Positions 48,950 through 61,560 of a stretch of DNA of 64,000 bases are shown here, in pieces. A program made the position numbers and the translations under genes. Every line of letters starts with the position of its first letter. Within the stretch, counting starts at the first letter, position 1. Source of the DNA: Anthoceros angustus. Lineage: Eukaryota; Plantae; Anthocerotophyta. Below the pieces are notes generated by a model. The model ran no database searches and was not told the origin of the DNA. It worked only from the letters and a program-made list of their open reading frames with translations. Location of the stretch: contig VJWM01000063.1 in NCBI GenBank assembly GCA_010909165.1, positions 558,001-622,000 of the forward strand, given 5' to 3'.

Positions 48950-50900
48950 CCGGTACATAAAGCATGGCTCTAACGGCTTCAACAAGCCATTGATGGCAAT
49001 GCTCAGCTACACCATTTTGAGCTTGAGAGTACGGCACACTTCTCTGCACAAGTATACCTTTAGAGTTGCACAGATGTGCAAAGGTACCAGCTACAAATTC
49101 ACCTCCACCATCTGTGCGAACAGCTTTAAGCTTAACATTGAGTTGTCGTTCAGCCATATTGATGTGCTTAAGAAATCTATCTGCTGCTTCAGACTCATGC
49201 CGTAGAATATATGTATGTGTCATTCTGGTGGCGTCGTCCACAATAGACATGAAGTACAAAGACTTATTGAAGGAGGCACATGACATAGGACCACATAAAT
49301 CCGTGTGGGCTAGTTCTAATGGAGAGGTTGCATGTGTTCTAGGACCAACAGGATAGGGAGCTACACGACTCTTGGCATACACACATGACTCACAGAATGG
49401 TAACGAAGACAACTGAGGTAAAGGTTCTGCATAAAGGTTGCTATGACTAAGAGTTACTAACTTACGTGAATTAACATGTGCTAGCCTATGGTGCCATAGC
49501 ACAAATTGCTTGGCTTGAGTCAAGTTGGTAACAAGTGTTGGGGGCAGATCTATCCTGTAAAGGTCATTGAAAGGTCGACCGGTGCAAAGACATGACACAT
49601 TAGGAGGACTGATTGTATCTTGGATCAGATAGGTGTCTCTTGTAAAATAAACATTATACTGATTTGTTAGTGTAAGTCTACGAACTGAAACTAAACTCTT
49701 TGATATTTGAGGGACATGCTAGACATCCTCTAACTTCAAAATTCTACCTCCCTCACAGGACAACAACATAGTGCCTCTTCCTTGGACTTGACGACCACTA
49801 TCATCATCCAGCAATACGAAACTGCCTGGTTCACAAGGGTGATATGGTGAGAACAAGGATCTAGTAGGACAAATATGGGCTGAAGCTCCACTATCAATAT
49901 ACCAACTGCAGGTGCCATTCTTTGAGGTGACAAGATATACAGCTAAGAGAACTTGTGATTTTTGTTGTGCAATATTTGTGAAGGTGGTACTCCTCTCCTA
50001 GGCTCTCCAACTCTTTTCCTGCAACATTCTTTCTTGTAATGACCTTCTACTTGGCATCAATGGCAGGCTCCTTTCCACCTTGGTGCTGCAAATGATGCTG
50101 AAGGTGGTCGATTGCTGCCATATGGGGGACGTCTGCCAAGTTCATACCGTCCCCATCCTCTTCCTCTTACCACAAAGAGGGCTCTCCCCTGAGTTGCAAC
50201 ATTTGATGAATTGGCCAGGCCACATGAGGCCTCTATCTCTATGAGGGCTCCAATTAATTCTAAGGTGGTAAAGTCCGAACTTTGTCCCTTGATGACACCA
50301 AGTCTTGCCTATTTAATAACTCCATTTTGTGTGGTCTTGAAGGTACGATGGCTATTTGGTAGAGAGCTAAGCAAGGCTATGACTGCTTGGCTTTCATCCA
50401 GCATCGTCCCACAAGATGCTAAACGAGCTCGTGCTGTCCTAAACGTTCTCATGTGTTCAACGACAGCTTGTCCTTCACCCATCCTCAGTTGATAAAATGC
50501 CCTTGTGGCAATAAGTACGCTCATTGCATTAACTGCCTCATAGAGCTGCTTGGGGTTCTTCTAGGCTGCGGCTGCATCTGCAGCTCCTGTCACATGGTGA
50601 GCAATTGTCCTATTAAGACCAGATAAGATAACATTACGTGTCCTCTTGTCTGTTTTAGCCCAGGCTGCTATATCCACTGTTGATGCTACATTTGGACCTG
50701 TTTGTGCAGGTTTTGGATATGTACCATCAACAATTGACCAGAGGTTGTTATCTTCCAAAATAGCTTGCATTCGCATTGCCCAAATATCATATTAAGTCCT
50801 TGAGAATCTATCCCTTTCTTTGAAATCAATCTTGATTGTGTTATTAATCATTGTTGTTGTGGACATGGAAGCACCTCCTGATGCTGCAGCAGCCATATTG
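48950..50900 (-). mobile_element. Degenerate Ty1/copia gag-protease-integrase, truncated after the integrase core
   Basis: RMQAILEDNNLWSIVDG (gag), LWHHRLAHVN, LELAHTDLCGP, YFMSIVDDATR, KAVRTDGGGEF, PYSQAQNGVAE. Confidence 0.92.
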
Positions 50901-52476
50901 GGAGGAGGAGTACCATGTGATCATGGGTATTTGATATGTCTTTATGCGTGGGGGTGACCACATCCAAGGGTTTCCATACTATTTCTAATCAGAATCTAGC
51001 CCAGACAACTCACTACTCACAGCAAGGTTGGACAACAAGTTTTCCACGCACGAAATACTAGGTGGGGAACCATCTATGGCTATTGACTTATCTTGTCTGA
51101 CAAAGGGTAGATCTAAAAATATGTTTTTTGGTAACATCATACGCTCGTGAACTTGTCTCACCCTCTCACACATGTGCAACATGCCCTTCCATCACCCCCA
51201 AGACCCAACCCGAAAACTTGAACTCTCTTGGATGGATGATAATGTTGTCTATGGTTTATAGATTTTCTTTCTTAATTAATTCACAAGTTTTAAACTCCTA
51301 AACGGAGGGTACATTTCTTGTTAATCTTCTCATTCGAGATACGTACGGTACTTCGCTCTTACCCGAAATAGCCGTTAGGCCGTACATACCTGGTTGACGG
51401 AAAAGCTAAAATCGTTGGACGTGAGCGCAACGGAAAGGCGAGCAAGAGCTAAGCTGGTAAGCTCCATCGTCTGTCGTCGTCACGCGGGCCGAGGACGGAA
51501 GCGGCCAATCGTGACGGTTTTCATGCACGACGCGAGGTCGCTTTCGCTTTCGCTTTCCCTTGGGCTTTCCCACGACAGTCTCACACGGGATGTGGACGTC
51601 TCCGGCGCCGTTCCGTTCCGTCCCGTTGCGGTGAGGTGTGGCCCGCCGGCCTTGAATTGATGCATTACTTAAAATCACGATGGTCACCACTCGTCCGCGT
51701 CTCTTTAATGGGTGCCTCGGTCTGTGGTGTCTCATAACTCGACTGTTACACTGGCAGCGGCTGCCGATGATAATAATAAGATAAAATGTGGCGACAGACG
51801 GGACCGGACGTGACGGCACAGGACACGACCCGCCTGTTCCCTATTCCCAGAAAGAAAGAAAGTGCAGCACGGCCGCTGCCAGTCTAGTCACGACTGCGAG
51901 CGGACAGTGCGATGCAGCAGATGCCGTGCCTGCCAATCGCGTCTCGCGCCGCTTCTGGAAGCGCAGCTCCCCGTCGACAGCGCGCTACAGTTTCAGAGAT
52001 CTTGGCAGGAGCTCGCTGCGCAGGGCGGCGCGCGCGCCTCCCCAGTCCGCGTCGGACGGCTCGTTTTGGAAGCATTCGGGAGGCACGCCTCGCTGCGCGA
52101 TCTCCACCGCAGTTCTGCAAAACCGCGTCCAAGAATGCGCGAGAACGTGCTCATGCAGGAGCTGGAAGGCGAGGAGTTCGAGCAAGGACTGTGTGATGGT
52201 TTCTTCCCTTGCTTTGGTGCAGGAGTGAAGTCGGAGCAATCCGAATTTGTGGCGGTCGATTGATCACCTGAGTGATGTGGAAGGAAATATTCTTTCCTGG
52301 ATGGAGAGGCTGGAGTCGGAGGAGCTTGGAGCACGATGCTGCATTTGCGGCCTTGTCCCGTACTGAAGGTGACAGTGAGAAAATTTGAACGAAGACGGGG
52401 AAGCAATCGAGGTTTGCGATGGTTTGAGGATTGGAGGAAGGAGGGGACGCATCCTTAGCTAGGAGGGACTAGTGCA

Positions 52477-54740
52477 ATGCCGAAGTTGAAGTTCTTCCTG
52501 TCCCCGCAGACTTTCTACAAGTCGTATGTCAATCCGCTTAGCGAGAGTGGGAGGACCGAGCACACAGGCGCTACCAGGGACCGGGCCTGGGGCCCGCTGC
52601 ATCCGCTTGTGGATTCTGGTGGCAGCGCCATCGCTGGAGGGACCGGTCTTGCCAGACTGTACCATTGTGGTGGAGCGGTGCCGGGGATCGATGTTGAGGA
52701 GCAGTCTATTCTGGTTATGCGACCGAAGCACGCAGATGATAGGGGCGATGATCTGTCTGCTGCGATGCCGGTCCGGGATGGCAGGCCGGGATTTGGTTTG
52801 GGCTCGACTCCCTTCCTCTTCTCCACCCTCGAGCTTCACTCTGTCCGGGAAGAGAGTGAATGTAGCGGTAGTACGGGATCCTCTAGGGCTGATCAGGATG
52901 GAACTTCTTGGCGCACAATGCGCAGTGGAGGCAGGGGATTGAGCCTTGGAGCCTCTCCTGGTCATCAGCTTCACCTTTGGGAAGAACCGGATAGCGAAGT
53001 GGATCCCGCTCCTTCATGGTCTGATCTGTCCAATAGGTATGAGGCTGTAGGATGATGCAATTGAAAGGCTTTGCCGGATAGAATAGTTAGTGCTGCCCGT
53101 GCAGAGCTGTGCATTCACCTTCCATGCTTTTTCTTGCCTGCAGGAGCTTAATGTGTAAACCATTGCCTCTCGAAGTTGGCCGATGCCAATGCTACATCAT
53201 TCGGGAGAAACGAGATGGAAAGGATACGTCTTCAGTGTACTCTCTACACACAAATGTAGGTCAACTCTACCTTCTGTGCTTCGCATGTATTAGCTAGGAT
53301 TTACCACGCACAAGACCCGTCTCTGCGGTCCCGCAGGCGGGCTCCAGAATTTCTCGGAAAGACATCAAATTTGGGTTGCCTCGACAAAATTTGGAATGAT
53401 GCCAAAATTTGCAGGAAGGCCGTGGGCGCCACGATCGAAAATTAGCAATTGCGCGCCATAGGTATAGAGGAGGTCGGTCGGAATTCATCATGGCGCAGTC
53501 TGGGTTTGGAACGATTCGCCACCAGTTGGAGGAGGGGTACATAGGAACTGTGAGTGCAAACCTGATGGGCACTCGCTATCGAATATGGGACCAGGTAGGT
53601 TCAGTTGAAGGCTCACATGCTTTTGTCCTAAAATGTCTCCCTATGGTGGTTCCCTTCAAAGTTGGACTGTCCTTGCTGCGCAGGGTAAATCCGTGGAGAC
53701 ACATGGCAAAGACAGAAAACTGCTTCTAGGGGCTGTCGTGTAAGCAGTAGACTGGAACTTGAACTGGGTCTCATGAGCACGAAAATTGGAGCGCAATGAC
53801 ACCTGTTTCACTTTTGTGGCAGGTTCGAGCCCTCAGCAACATCTATGACAGGAAAATACAGAAGGATGCGGGTCTTTACTCCAAAATACCAGTCGATGCA
53901 GTTCGGCTGTAAGAAGGTAACCTGGCTTTCGACGTAGGTGGCGTGTCTTCGGACTGATACATTTTGTAGTAGCTTACAGTGGTTTACTGTTGTTGATCAG
54001 AATGAACAGATTGGTCTTGCAGAGGACTACGAGGACAATACCACCTCGGTCTTCCGACTCTGTTCTCGCGCAACCTTGTCACACAAAGTGAGTTTTGGCA
54101 GCTGGGATGCGGCAATTCTCGTTTTTTTAACATGTCCGGAGGGTCATGCTTGTGGCTCTTAAAATCGTAGGAGACTGCAAGACACGAAGCGGATTTTCGG
54201 GAAAGGCTGCTGAAGACCGGTTTCAAGATCAAGTCTTCTGCAAAGAACGTTCAATTGACGTTGGAGGTACTTACTACATCCCAGTGCCCGCGTTACTGGG
54301 TACCGAAGCACACTTGTGACTAAAGAACATGTGGTTTGGCTTCAGGAGACGGGGCAGCAGGTCATTTTGCTACTTGGCAAGACCAGCAACTCGACGTACA
54401 TCATGGAATATCGGTACCACCCTCAACTACTACATTCGTCACAATCTCAGGACATGTTGCTTTTGCGTGTATGATGAGGTTGCTGGCAAACAAGGCGCCC
54501 ATAATACATACATGACCCGGTTCGGAAATTGTGATGCAGCTATCCTCTGACAGCTCAACAGGCGTTTGGGATTTGCCTTGCGTCATTGGATTCCAAGCCA
54601 TACTGTAAGTCCCTCCTGTCCTAGCTATTGTATGTAGTACAACTACTGACCTGAGCTTCACAGTGAGATGTCCTACCATCCAGTCTTACTGTCCAGAGTT
54701 GCAGGGCGCCTGGCTTGCCTGTGAGTAGAAGCCACCGGAG
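52477..54740 (+). CDS. Tubby-like protein 8-type (tubby domain, no F-box); 3' end approximate
   Basis: CKPLPLEVGRCQCYIIRE, EGRGRHDRKLAIA, GTVSANLMGTRYRIWDQ, GKYRRMR, IKSSAKNVQL, YPLTAQQAFGICLASLDSK across GT-AG exons. Confidence 0.85.
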
Positions 54741-55010
54741 AGGATTATTCACATTATTCGGGATCAGCCCGAGCAGATGCGCAGATGTATGCCAGTAGCG
54801 TATAGAACATCAAGGAATTACCTACGCATGACATTCTCCTATGGTTTGGAGACTCGGTTTTGTAGCTTCCCACATCTGTACATTTAATTCAGGTAGTGAC
54901 AAGGAATAAAATTCCGGTACCGTTACATTGTGTGATCCTACGGGCACACCAAGAATTGGTTCCTTTGCACTTCGTCGATAGGTAAGTAACATTGGAACGG
55001 CGTAACAAGG

Positions 55011-56853
55011 TCACGGCGCAAGCCTCTCTACCTTCCACCCAGCACCTTCCGGCTGAAGGGTGTATCTCAATCTGTCATGCAGCCGAGAGGAGCGGCCCTG
55101 CCAGAACTCAATAGCTCGCGGCGCAAGCCTGTAGCCACCCCAGAAGTCAGGCAGCGGGACGGACTTCTCCTGCGAGTACTTGGCCACAAGCTGGTCGTAA
55201 GCCTGGTCCAGGACAGCCCTGCCCCCAATGACGGAGCTCTGAGAGCTCACAATGGCCCCAATCTGGCTCCCCCAGGGCCGGCTATGGAAGTAAGCCTCCG
55301 TCTCCTCCCGCGACACCTTCTCCACCCTGCCCTCAACGCGCACCTGGCGATGCAAGCGCTCCCAGAAGAAGACGAGCGCGGCCTGCGGGTTGGCGGCCAA
55401 ATCCGCCGCCTTCCTGCTCCCGTAATTGGTGTACCACACAAACCCCCGATCGTCAAATCCCTTCAGCAGCACCATGCGCGCGGAGGGCGCGCCCCCGGAA
55501 TCGGCCGTGGCCAGCGTCATGGCGTTGGGCTCATGCAGTCCCGCGGCCACGGCATCGTCGAACCACGCCTGGAACTGCGCCAACGGATCCCTCTCCGCCT
55601 GCTCCTCCAGCAGCACGGCCCCGACGTAGTCCTCCCGCAGCGCCGCCACATCCACCGCCCGCGCCTTCCCAATCCGCACGCACTGCTCCGACCCGGGGAA
55701 AGGCGGCAGCTTCAGCCCGCGCTCGGCCGCCATCGCCGGCGGCACGAACCTCCCTCCGAGGAAGTGGTGCGCGCCCGCAAACCCCCGCGCGCAGAGCTTG
55801 GGCGCCGTGAGCGACACCAGCATCTCCGGCCTCAGCCCCGCGCCCCTCTCATCCCCGCGCTCCATGCCACCCCGACGGCACGTCCACCGACACCACAGGC
55901 GGGGCCCCCTGAGCCGCGACAGGATGGCGTCGAACGGCGCGCGGGGCTCCCCGTGAACGAAAACCCGAAATGGCATCCACCACGAGATCGAACCCCGCCA
56001 GCTCAGCTCCCCGTCGCCTCCCCGCACTGCCACCCTGTGCCTCCAGCTGCCGCACCAACTTGGAATACAAGGGATTCCGCCGGGCTTCGGATACACCACC
56101 TGGGCTGTGCAAGTAGCAAGTGCCGCTGCCACCTGGCCCCGTCGCCGTTGTTCCCCGGCCCGCACACCACCAGCACCCGCAGCCTCCTTCGCCGGATACA
56201 CCTCCCGCCACGGCACAGGCCACCCGCCATCTCCATCAGCTGCTCCAGCGTGTGCCCACGCCCGGCCGCCATAAGTTCCTCGTCTGTGGCCTGCCTCGCC
56301 CCAGGTATGTTAGGGTTTCCGGATGATGCACATGCTGCAGCCATCCACGCCAGCCATCGCTACCTCCTCCTCTACCACCGGATCCAGACGTGAGACGGCT
56401 GGAGCCGGAGAAGCCGCTCCCGCCTGCATGTCCCCGCGCCAGCCACCAGCACCTCGACGCGACGCAGCGTTGGCCCGCTCCCCCGCCCGAGCTCCCTGCG
56501 GGGAGATCACGGCCTTGCATGCCAGCCGCTGCAGCCGGAGACAGGGCACGGCTCACGCCGCCAGCAGCCTGGCCTCCTCGAGGTCGAAGCGAAGAAAACC
56601 ATGGCGCGGGCGATCCGTGCGCCGGCACTCCAGCGAGCAGAGAACTGGTTTGCAGTCTAGCTGGAGACCGGAAAGCGGAGACGACGAAAAGTGGACGAGA
56701 AAAGGAGAGAGGATGAAGAAGGAGAGAGATGGTTTCGCGCTTCACTCGTCGTCCCAAAATGCGAGAGAGAGGATGGTGGAGGGACCGTCTCACGATTTCT
56801 GTCTCTACTCGAAAAGGCAAAATCCAAGCGTGCCCGCTAGAACTCGGCGACAT
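55011..56853 (-). CDS. PDX3: Bifunctional YjeF_N NAD(P)HX epimerase / pyridox(am)ine 5'-phosphate oxidase (PPOX/PDX3-like), apparently intronless; frameshifts in the epimerase part; start codon uncertain
   Basis: LEQLMEMAG, VVCGPGNNGD, VVSVDVPSGW, MLVSLTAPK, HHFLGGRFVPP, PSARMVLLKGFD, RQVRVEG, YFHSRP, EFWQGRSSRLHDR, WKVERLAP*; Ser/Arg/Ala-rich leader. Confidence 0.92.
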
Positions 56854-57196
56854 ATGTATTGAAGAGATAGATATGTAGTTTATGTATATTACACGACAGA
56901 AAATAATGCATTTTAATATTGTGGCCGTGTTGTGCGCAGCCCACAACAGTGACAAGGGGAGCGTGCAGTGAAACCTACCATAGATACCTACAGATCATAC
57001 CGGCCGCGAGCGCCGCCGGCCGCCGCCTGCCAGAGCCGGGCAGCCAGATCTCGCGGCGGCTGTGAGACGCGTCTCAAATTGGGGAGTGAGGGGGATGGAG
57101 AAGGCGGGGAGGCGCATTAGGCGTGTGTTGAACATGCGGCCGCTTGGGGGTGGAGGAGGGGAGCATGAGGGATGAGCTTGGCACGGGAGCGATGCG
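56854..57196. promoter_or_regulatory. Candidate bidirectional promoter between the PPOX-like and VIN3-like genes
   Basis: Head-to-head genes only ~350 bp apart, with an AT-rich core at ~56855-56925. Confidence 0.35.
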
Positions 57197-60172
57197 ATGG
57201 CGACGGCGCTGGCTGATAAGAACGAGCTCATCCTGCAGGCGGTGCAGGGGAACGAGGCAAGCATCAGGGAGCTGCTGGCTCTGCAGTGCAAGCAGCTCAT
57301 CGCTCTGCTGTGCGAGGTGACGGGGCAGCACAAGGCGTACCTAGGGCAGTCGAAGCGGAAATTGACGGAGCAGATCATCCGCGCGGCGGCGCTGCGGGAG
57401 GGCATCAAGCTCGAGGGCAGACCGTGCATCCCGTACCCCGACCCGCCCCCGGCGCCGGCCCGGGAGGGGCCGCTGCCCAGGAAGCGGACCAAGCTCGCGC
57501 GGCTGGCCCCGTTGGCTAACCCGCCTCCCGGGGCCGGGGAGTTTTACGGCGGGGGCGTGGTGTGCCGGAACGTGGCCTGCCGGGCCGCCGTGAGGCCGGA
57601 GGAGAGCTTTTGTAGGCGCTGCTCCTGCTGCATTTGCAGGAAATTCGATGAAAACAAGGACCCTAGCCTGTGGGTGGTGTGCGGGGATGATTCTCTCGAC
57701 CCCGGCCGCGGGAGCGGGTGTGGGTGTAGTAGCCACCTTGAGTGTGCACTCGGGGCGCAGGTGGCCGGGGTTTCTGTGGAGTCCGGGTCGCCGTGGAAGC
57801 TGGACGCGGGGTACAGCTGCTTGCAGTGCGGGAGCGTCACCAACTTGTTTGTGTACGTTGTTGCTGCCGCACACTGCCTAGCTGGTTTTGTGGGTTGTTG
57901 TGTTGCTTTCTGGGCTATTGTGTGGGTTTGTGGATTGTTGTGCTGCTTCGTGGGCTGGGTTACTGTGTTGCTGGAGAGGGAATGCTTATCTGGGGTTTTT
58001 GTGGGTGGGTGCTTGTTTGTTCGTTTGTTCGTTTGTTCGTTTGCAGGAGTTGCAAGAAGCAGCTGGAGAAAGCAAAGGAGGCCAGGCGTGTGGACACGGT
58101 TTGCCAACGGCTCTCGCTGGCGGACCGGATTTTGAACGGGACGGAGCGGCACAAGGAGTTGCATTCCGTTGTGACGGAGGCCGTGCATACTTTGGAGAAG
58201 GAAGTGGGGCAGCTGGAGACTGCGGCTGTGAGTGCCAGCAGGAGCTGTGTGACACGGCTGAAGAACGACATCTGGGACCAGCTCACGGTCTGTCTGGGGT
58301 ATGCCCTGGATATGGTTTATAGCCAGTTGCAGAGTCCTGAGAAATTTCCCCAGTGTCAGCCTGAAGGTGAGTTGTGCTGTGTTCTGTCGTGTGTGAAGCT
58401 GTTTGGTGCGGTGGACGGGTGTGGCGAGGTGGTGATGTCTGTTGCCGCTGTTTTCAGGCAAGGTTATAGGGCGCCCCATTGAGGTGCAGGTTAAGGCTGT
58501 GAAGTCTGATTCCATAACTGTGAGCTGGAGGACTGACGATCAGGTGCTGGAGGATATGGTGTCGGAGTTTAAGATATGGATATGCAAAGTAGGGGAGTTG
58601 AATTTCACGGCGGCCCCAAATTGTGTGTTCAAGAGCACGGAGAGGAGGGCCATTGCCCACTACTTGGATGAGGGCACTGATTATGTGTTCAAGTTGGTGG
58701 CTTTTGAGGATGATAAGGTTGTAGGTCTTGGGGAGGTTACTGGGAGTACGCCCAAGGCCAATCCTCCCCCACCTCTCCAGCAAAAGGAGGAACAGGAGAT
58801 GAAGGACTCGGTGCTTGTGCCGCCACAGGAGCTGAAGCTGCCGGAACCTATAAGGCCGCAGTCTGTGCATGGGAAAGAGGATGAGAAAATGCGGGATATG
58901 TGTGAGGCGGCTCGTGCAGTCAGCAGTCTCCAAAATTGGGGGAAAGCGGATGGGGAGACAATCTCTGTGGAGAAGGATTTACAAGTCCATGGTGGCAGAG
59001 GCAAGGAAAGGTCGCCGCAGGTCTCTGAAGGTGAAGAACAGGTGGGGTTTGGGAATTCTCATGGAGCTTCATCCGTTACTCACAGCAGCGGGCAATTGCC
59101 TGTGGAAACCCCCCAGGTCTCGTCCAAAGAGGTGGTGGAGACTGAGAAAGTTGAGGAGAAGTCACAGCAGCTACATCAGACAGTGGAGACGGGGAGAGAG
59201 GCAGATGAGTCGGCTTCTGCATCAGAATGTGCAAAGTTAAAGGTGATCGAATTGGAGGAGGTGAGGTCGCCAGGTACCACTCTTGTGCAGCAGGAAGATG
59301 TCCAAGAACCTCTCCAAGTCGAAGACCAGCCAGATGGCAATGTTGTTGAAAGGGTGCAAGAGGATGTATCGGCGTCGCAGCAGACTTGCCTCACTGGTGT
59401 ACCTGTTGCTGAAGAAGCTGACCTACAACATGACGTTGCTGAAGGAGGAAAGACCTCCCAAGGCCCAGATGGATCGGAGCAGGAGAAGGAGATTCAGACA
59501 GACTCTCACCAACCAGAACCAGAGCAGAAGGTTACTCCTATAGCAGTGGACAAGGGTGCAGTGGAACCTGTTGTGATTTGCCAAACTGAACGAGCGGGTG
59601 CCAAGCAGAGTATTCATGAGACTGAGGGACACAAGCTTCAACACGCCAGTCCGAATCCGAGTGCCATGGAAACCGAGGGATACAAACTTCAAAACGGCAG
59701 TTCCAAGCCAATAAACATGCATACTGAGGTACACAATCCGCAACATCTCAATCCTACGCCAAGTATGATGGGGACTCCGCAGCAGCAGCTTCAACATGTG
59801 GGTCCCAAGTCTACCAACATAAAGCTGGGATGCAAGACTTATCAAGACGTCAGTTCCAAACCAAGTACCATGGAAATGGAAGGACGTCAACTCAACACGT
59901 GAGTTGTATGCAAAATATGGAAAGTAGGGGACTCAGGGGTCTGCCAGTGCATTTGAGCTGTGTGTGAAAGTCATACTCAGCTTGGAAAAGAGCCATCTGC
60001 CATCTGCATTTCGGAGGCATTTCTAACCTGGTTAAGTAGGAGGGCCTCAGACAGAGAGAGAAGGGAGGTGGTCAACGTTTTTATAGATACAATGTCTGAC
60101 CAACTGGAACAGTTAGCTGAACAATTGATTGACACCTTTGAAGAACTAATGACTGAAGAGGCCAAGATTTGA
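57197..60172 (+). CDS. VIN3-like (VIL/VRN5 family) PHD-FNIII-VID protein, 3 exons; three probable 1-nt errors near the VID domain
   Basis: PHD: CRNVACRA..FCRRCSCCICRKFDENKDPSLW..C..CGCSSHLECAL..YSCLQCG; KQL..AKEARRVD; FNIII region; VID: FELCVKVI..LE...FLTWLS.RA...ERR.VVNVFIDTM..LAEQLIDTF. Confidence 0.9.
59615..59900 (+). repeat. 51-bp (17-aa) coding tandem repeat, about 5.5 units, within the VIN3-like gene
   Basis: HETEGHKLQHASPNPSA / METEGYKLQNGSSKPIN / MHTEVHNPQHLNPTPSM / MGTPQQQLQHVGPKSTN / IKLGCKTYQDVSSKPST / MEMEGRQL. Confidence 0.85.
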
Positions 60173-60699
60173 CTCTATTGGAAGTGGGCCTGACGGTGGT
60201 CGTTGAGATCAGGGATCCGAGGATGGCTGCCCATTCACCTCTGAAAAGGTGAGACCTGCACTCATCTGCCTTCAGTTCTTCCAGAACAGATTCTACTTGG
60301 ATCCCGAGCTCTAAATTTTGTTCATTCCCTTTGAAAGGTGCTTGCTGAATGGCTGTTGTAGAATACACATTCTGATCCCTTTGTATATCAATGCTGTACG
60401 AGTTCTGGACCATTGTGCTTTGGGCAGTTTTTCCCTGGGTACATTGGTAGACTTTTGTATGAGTTGAACCAAAGATTTCCAGTAGTGATCGTTACTTTTG
60501 TACAGGATTGATGCCGATTCCGGTCGCTGGTGGATGGCTGATAAAAGGAGAGCTGAATTTTAGGAATCTTGACACGATTGTATTAAATACGATGTAGCTT
60601 AATAATAAGAGATAATTACCTACATAAAATCCTTAGTGTCATCCTCCTACTCGTATGTATGTATCCTCCAATCTATCTAATTGAAGGTGAAAAGAAGAC

Positions 60700-61560
60700 A
60701 AGTGGCGCATTTGGTGTTACCGCAGCGAGGGTTGAAAATGCTTGGTGCATGGCTACGTGTGGACACTCGGCGAAAATGCTTGATGCATGGCTACATGTGT
60801 GGAATGGAGTACATAGCAGTATGATATAAGTGTCTTGGGCATGGCACATGTTTAACAAGCGTTGGCGGGATGTGAAATTGCTTAAGCTTTGTAAGTACAC
60901 CTTGTTGCATCTTGTCGTGCAGGCAATTGTTGATCTATGAGCTTTGTTATTGAGTCAATTGCATTTTATTGGTGGTCTTGATTGTATTGCATGATGTCTT
61001 TTGCATCTTGTGAGTATCTAGGCGTGGCGTTATGATGTGAATATCTTAGTGGGCGTATGCTTTAATAGCGGCAGGCGTGTATGGAGCATAGATGATACAC
61101 GGTAGAAGCGTGAATTTCTTTGTAGTATATAGCATGGTAGTATTATTTGTCCTATGTGTGTGATTTGCTATAATAGAGATTCTTTATGGCTGGATGCGAA
61201 GATGACCATACGAAGTGGGAAAGAGAAGAATGAAGTGAGGAAAGGACGGTTGAGGTCTTGATTGTTATGCTTGGATAAGGCGGATAGAAGCGCCTTGCTG
61301 CACTAACGGTGTTTGGCAAATCACTGAAGAATAGATGTAACTTCAAACACTGGATGTCTTACATGTGATACATCACATTAGTCGATATGAAAAATAATAT
61401 GCACCTGATTGGAAGAAAATGGGTGATAGGCCAGAGCATAAGCGAAGGTAGAGATGATTAGTGGATGGAGTGTAGAGGGCATTAGATGTTGGAAGAGTTG
61501 CATGATATAAACATTTAACACCATAAATTTTGAAGGGTAAATACACAAATCTTCCTATCA
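60700..61560 (-). mobile_element. Possible highly decayed LINE 3' remnant
   Basis: Weak resemblance only (YSHHN.., ..FAECPHV); stop-rich; includes a ~39-bp direct repeat at ~60735-60805. Confidence 0.25.

Noticed and set aside
55077-56393. 438-aa plus-strand ORF (also 57544-58515 minus, 323 aa)
   Set aside because: Antisense shadows of GC-rich real genes (PPOX-like, VIN3-like); no recognisable motifs
12266-56853. ADPRM and NAD(P)HX epimerase as a nucleotide damage-control cluster
   Set aside because: They are over 40 kb apart and separated by TEs and unrelated genes
55950-60030. Frameshifts in the PPOX-like and VIN3-like genes as programmed frameshifting or pseudogenisation
   Set aside because: Mostly single-base losses in short homopolymers, matching the window-wide indel noise; sequencing error is more parsimonious until polished
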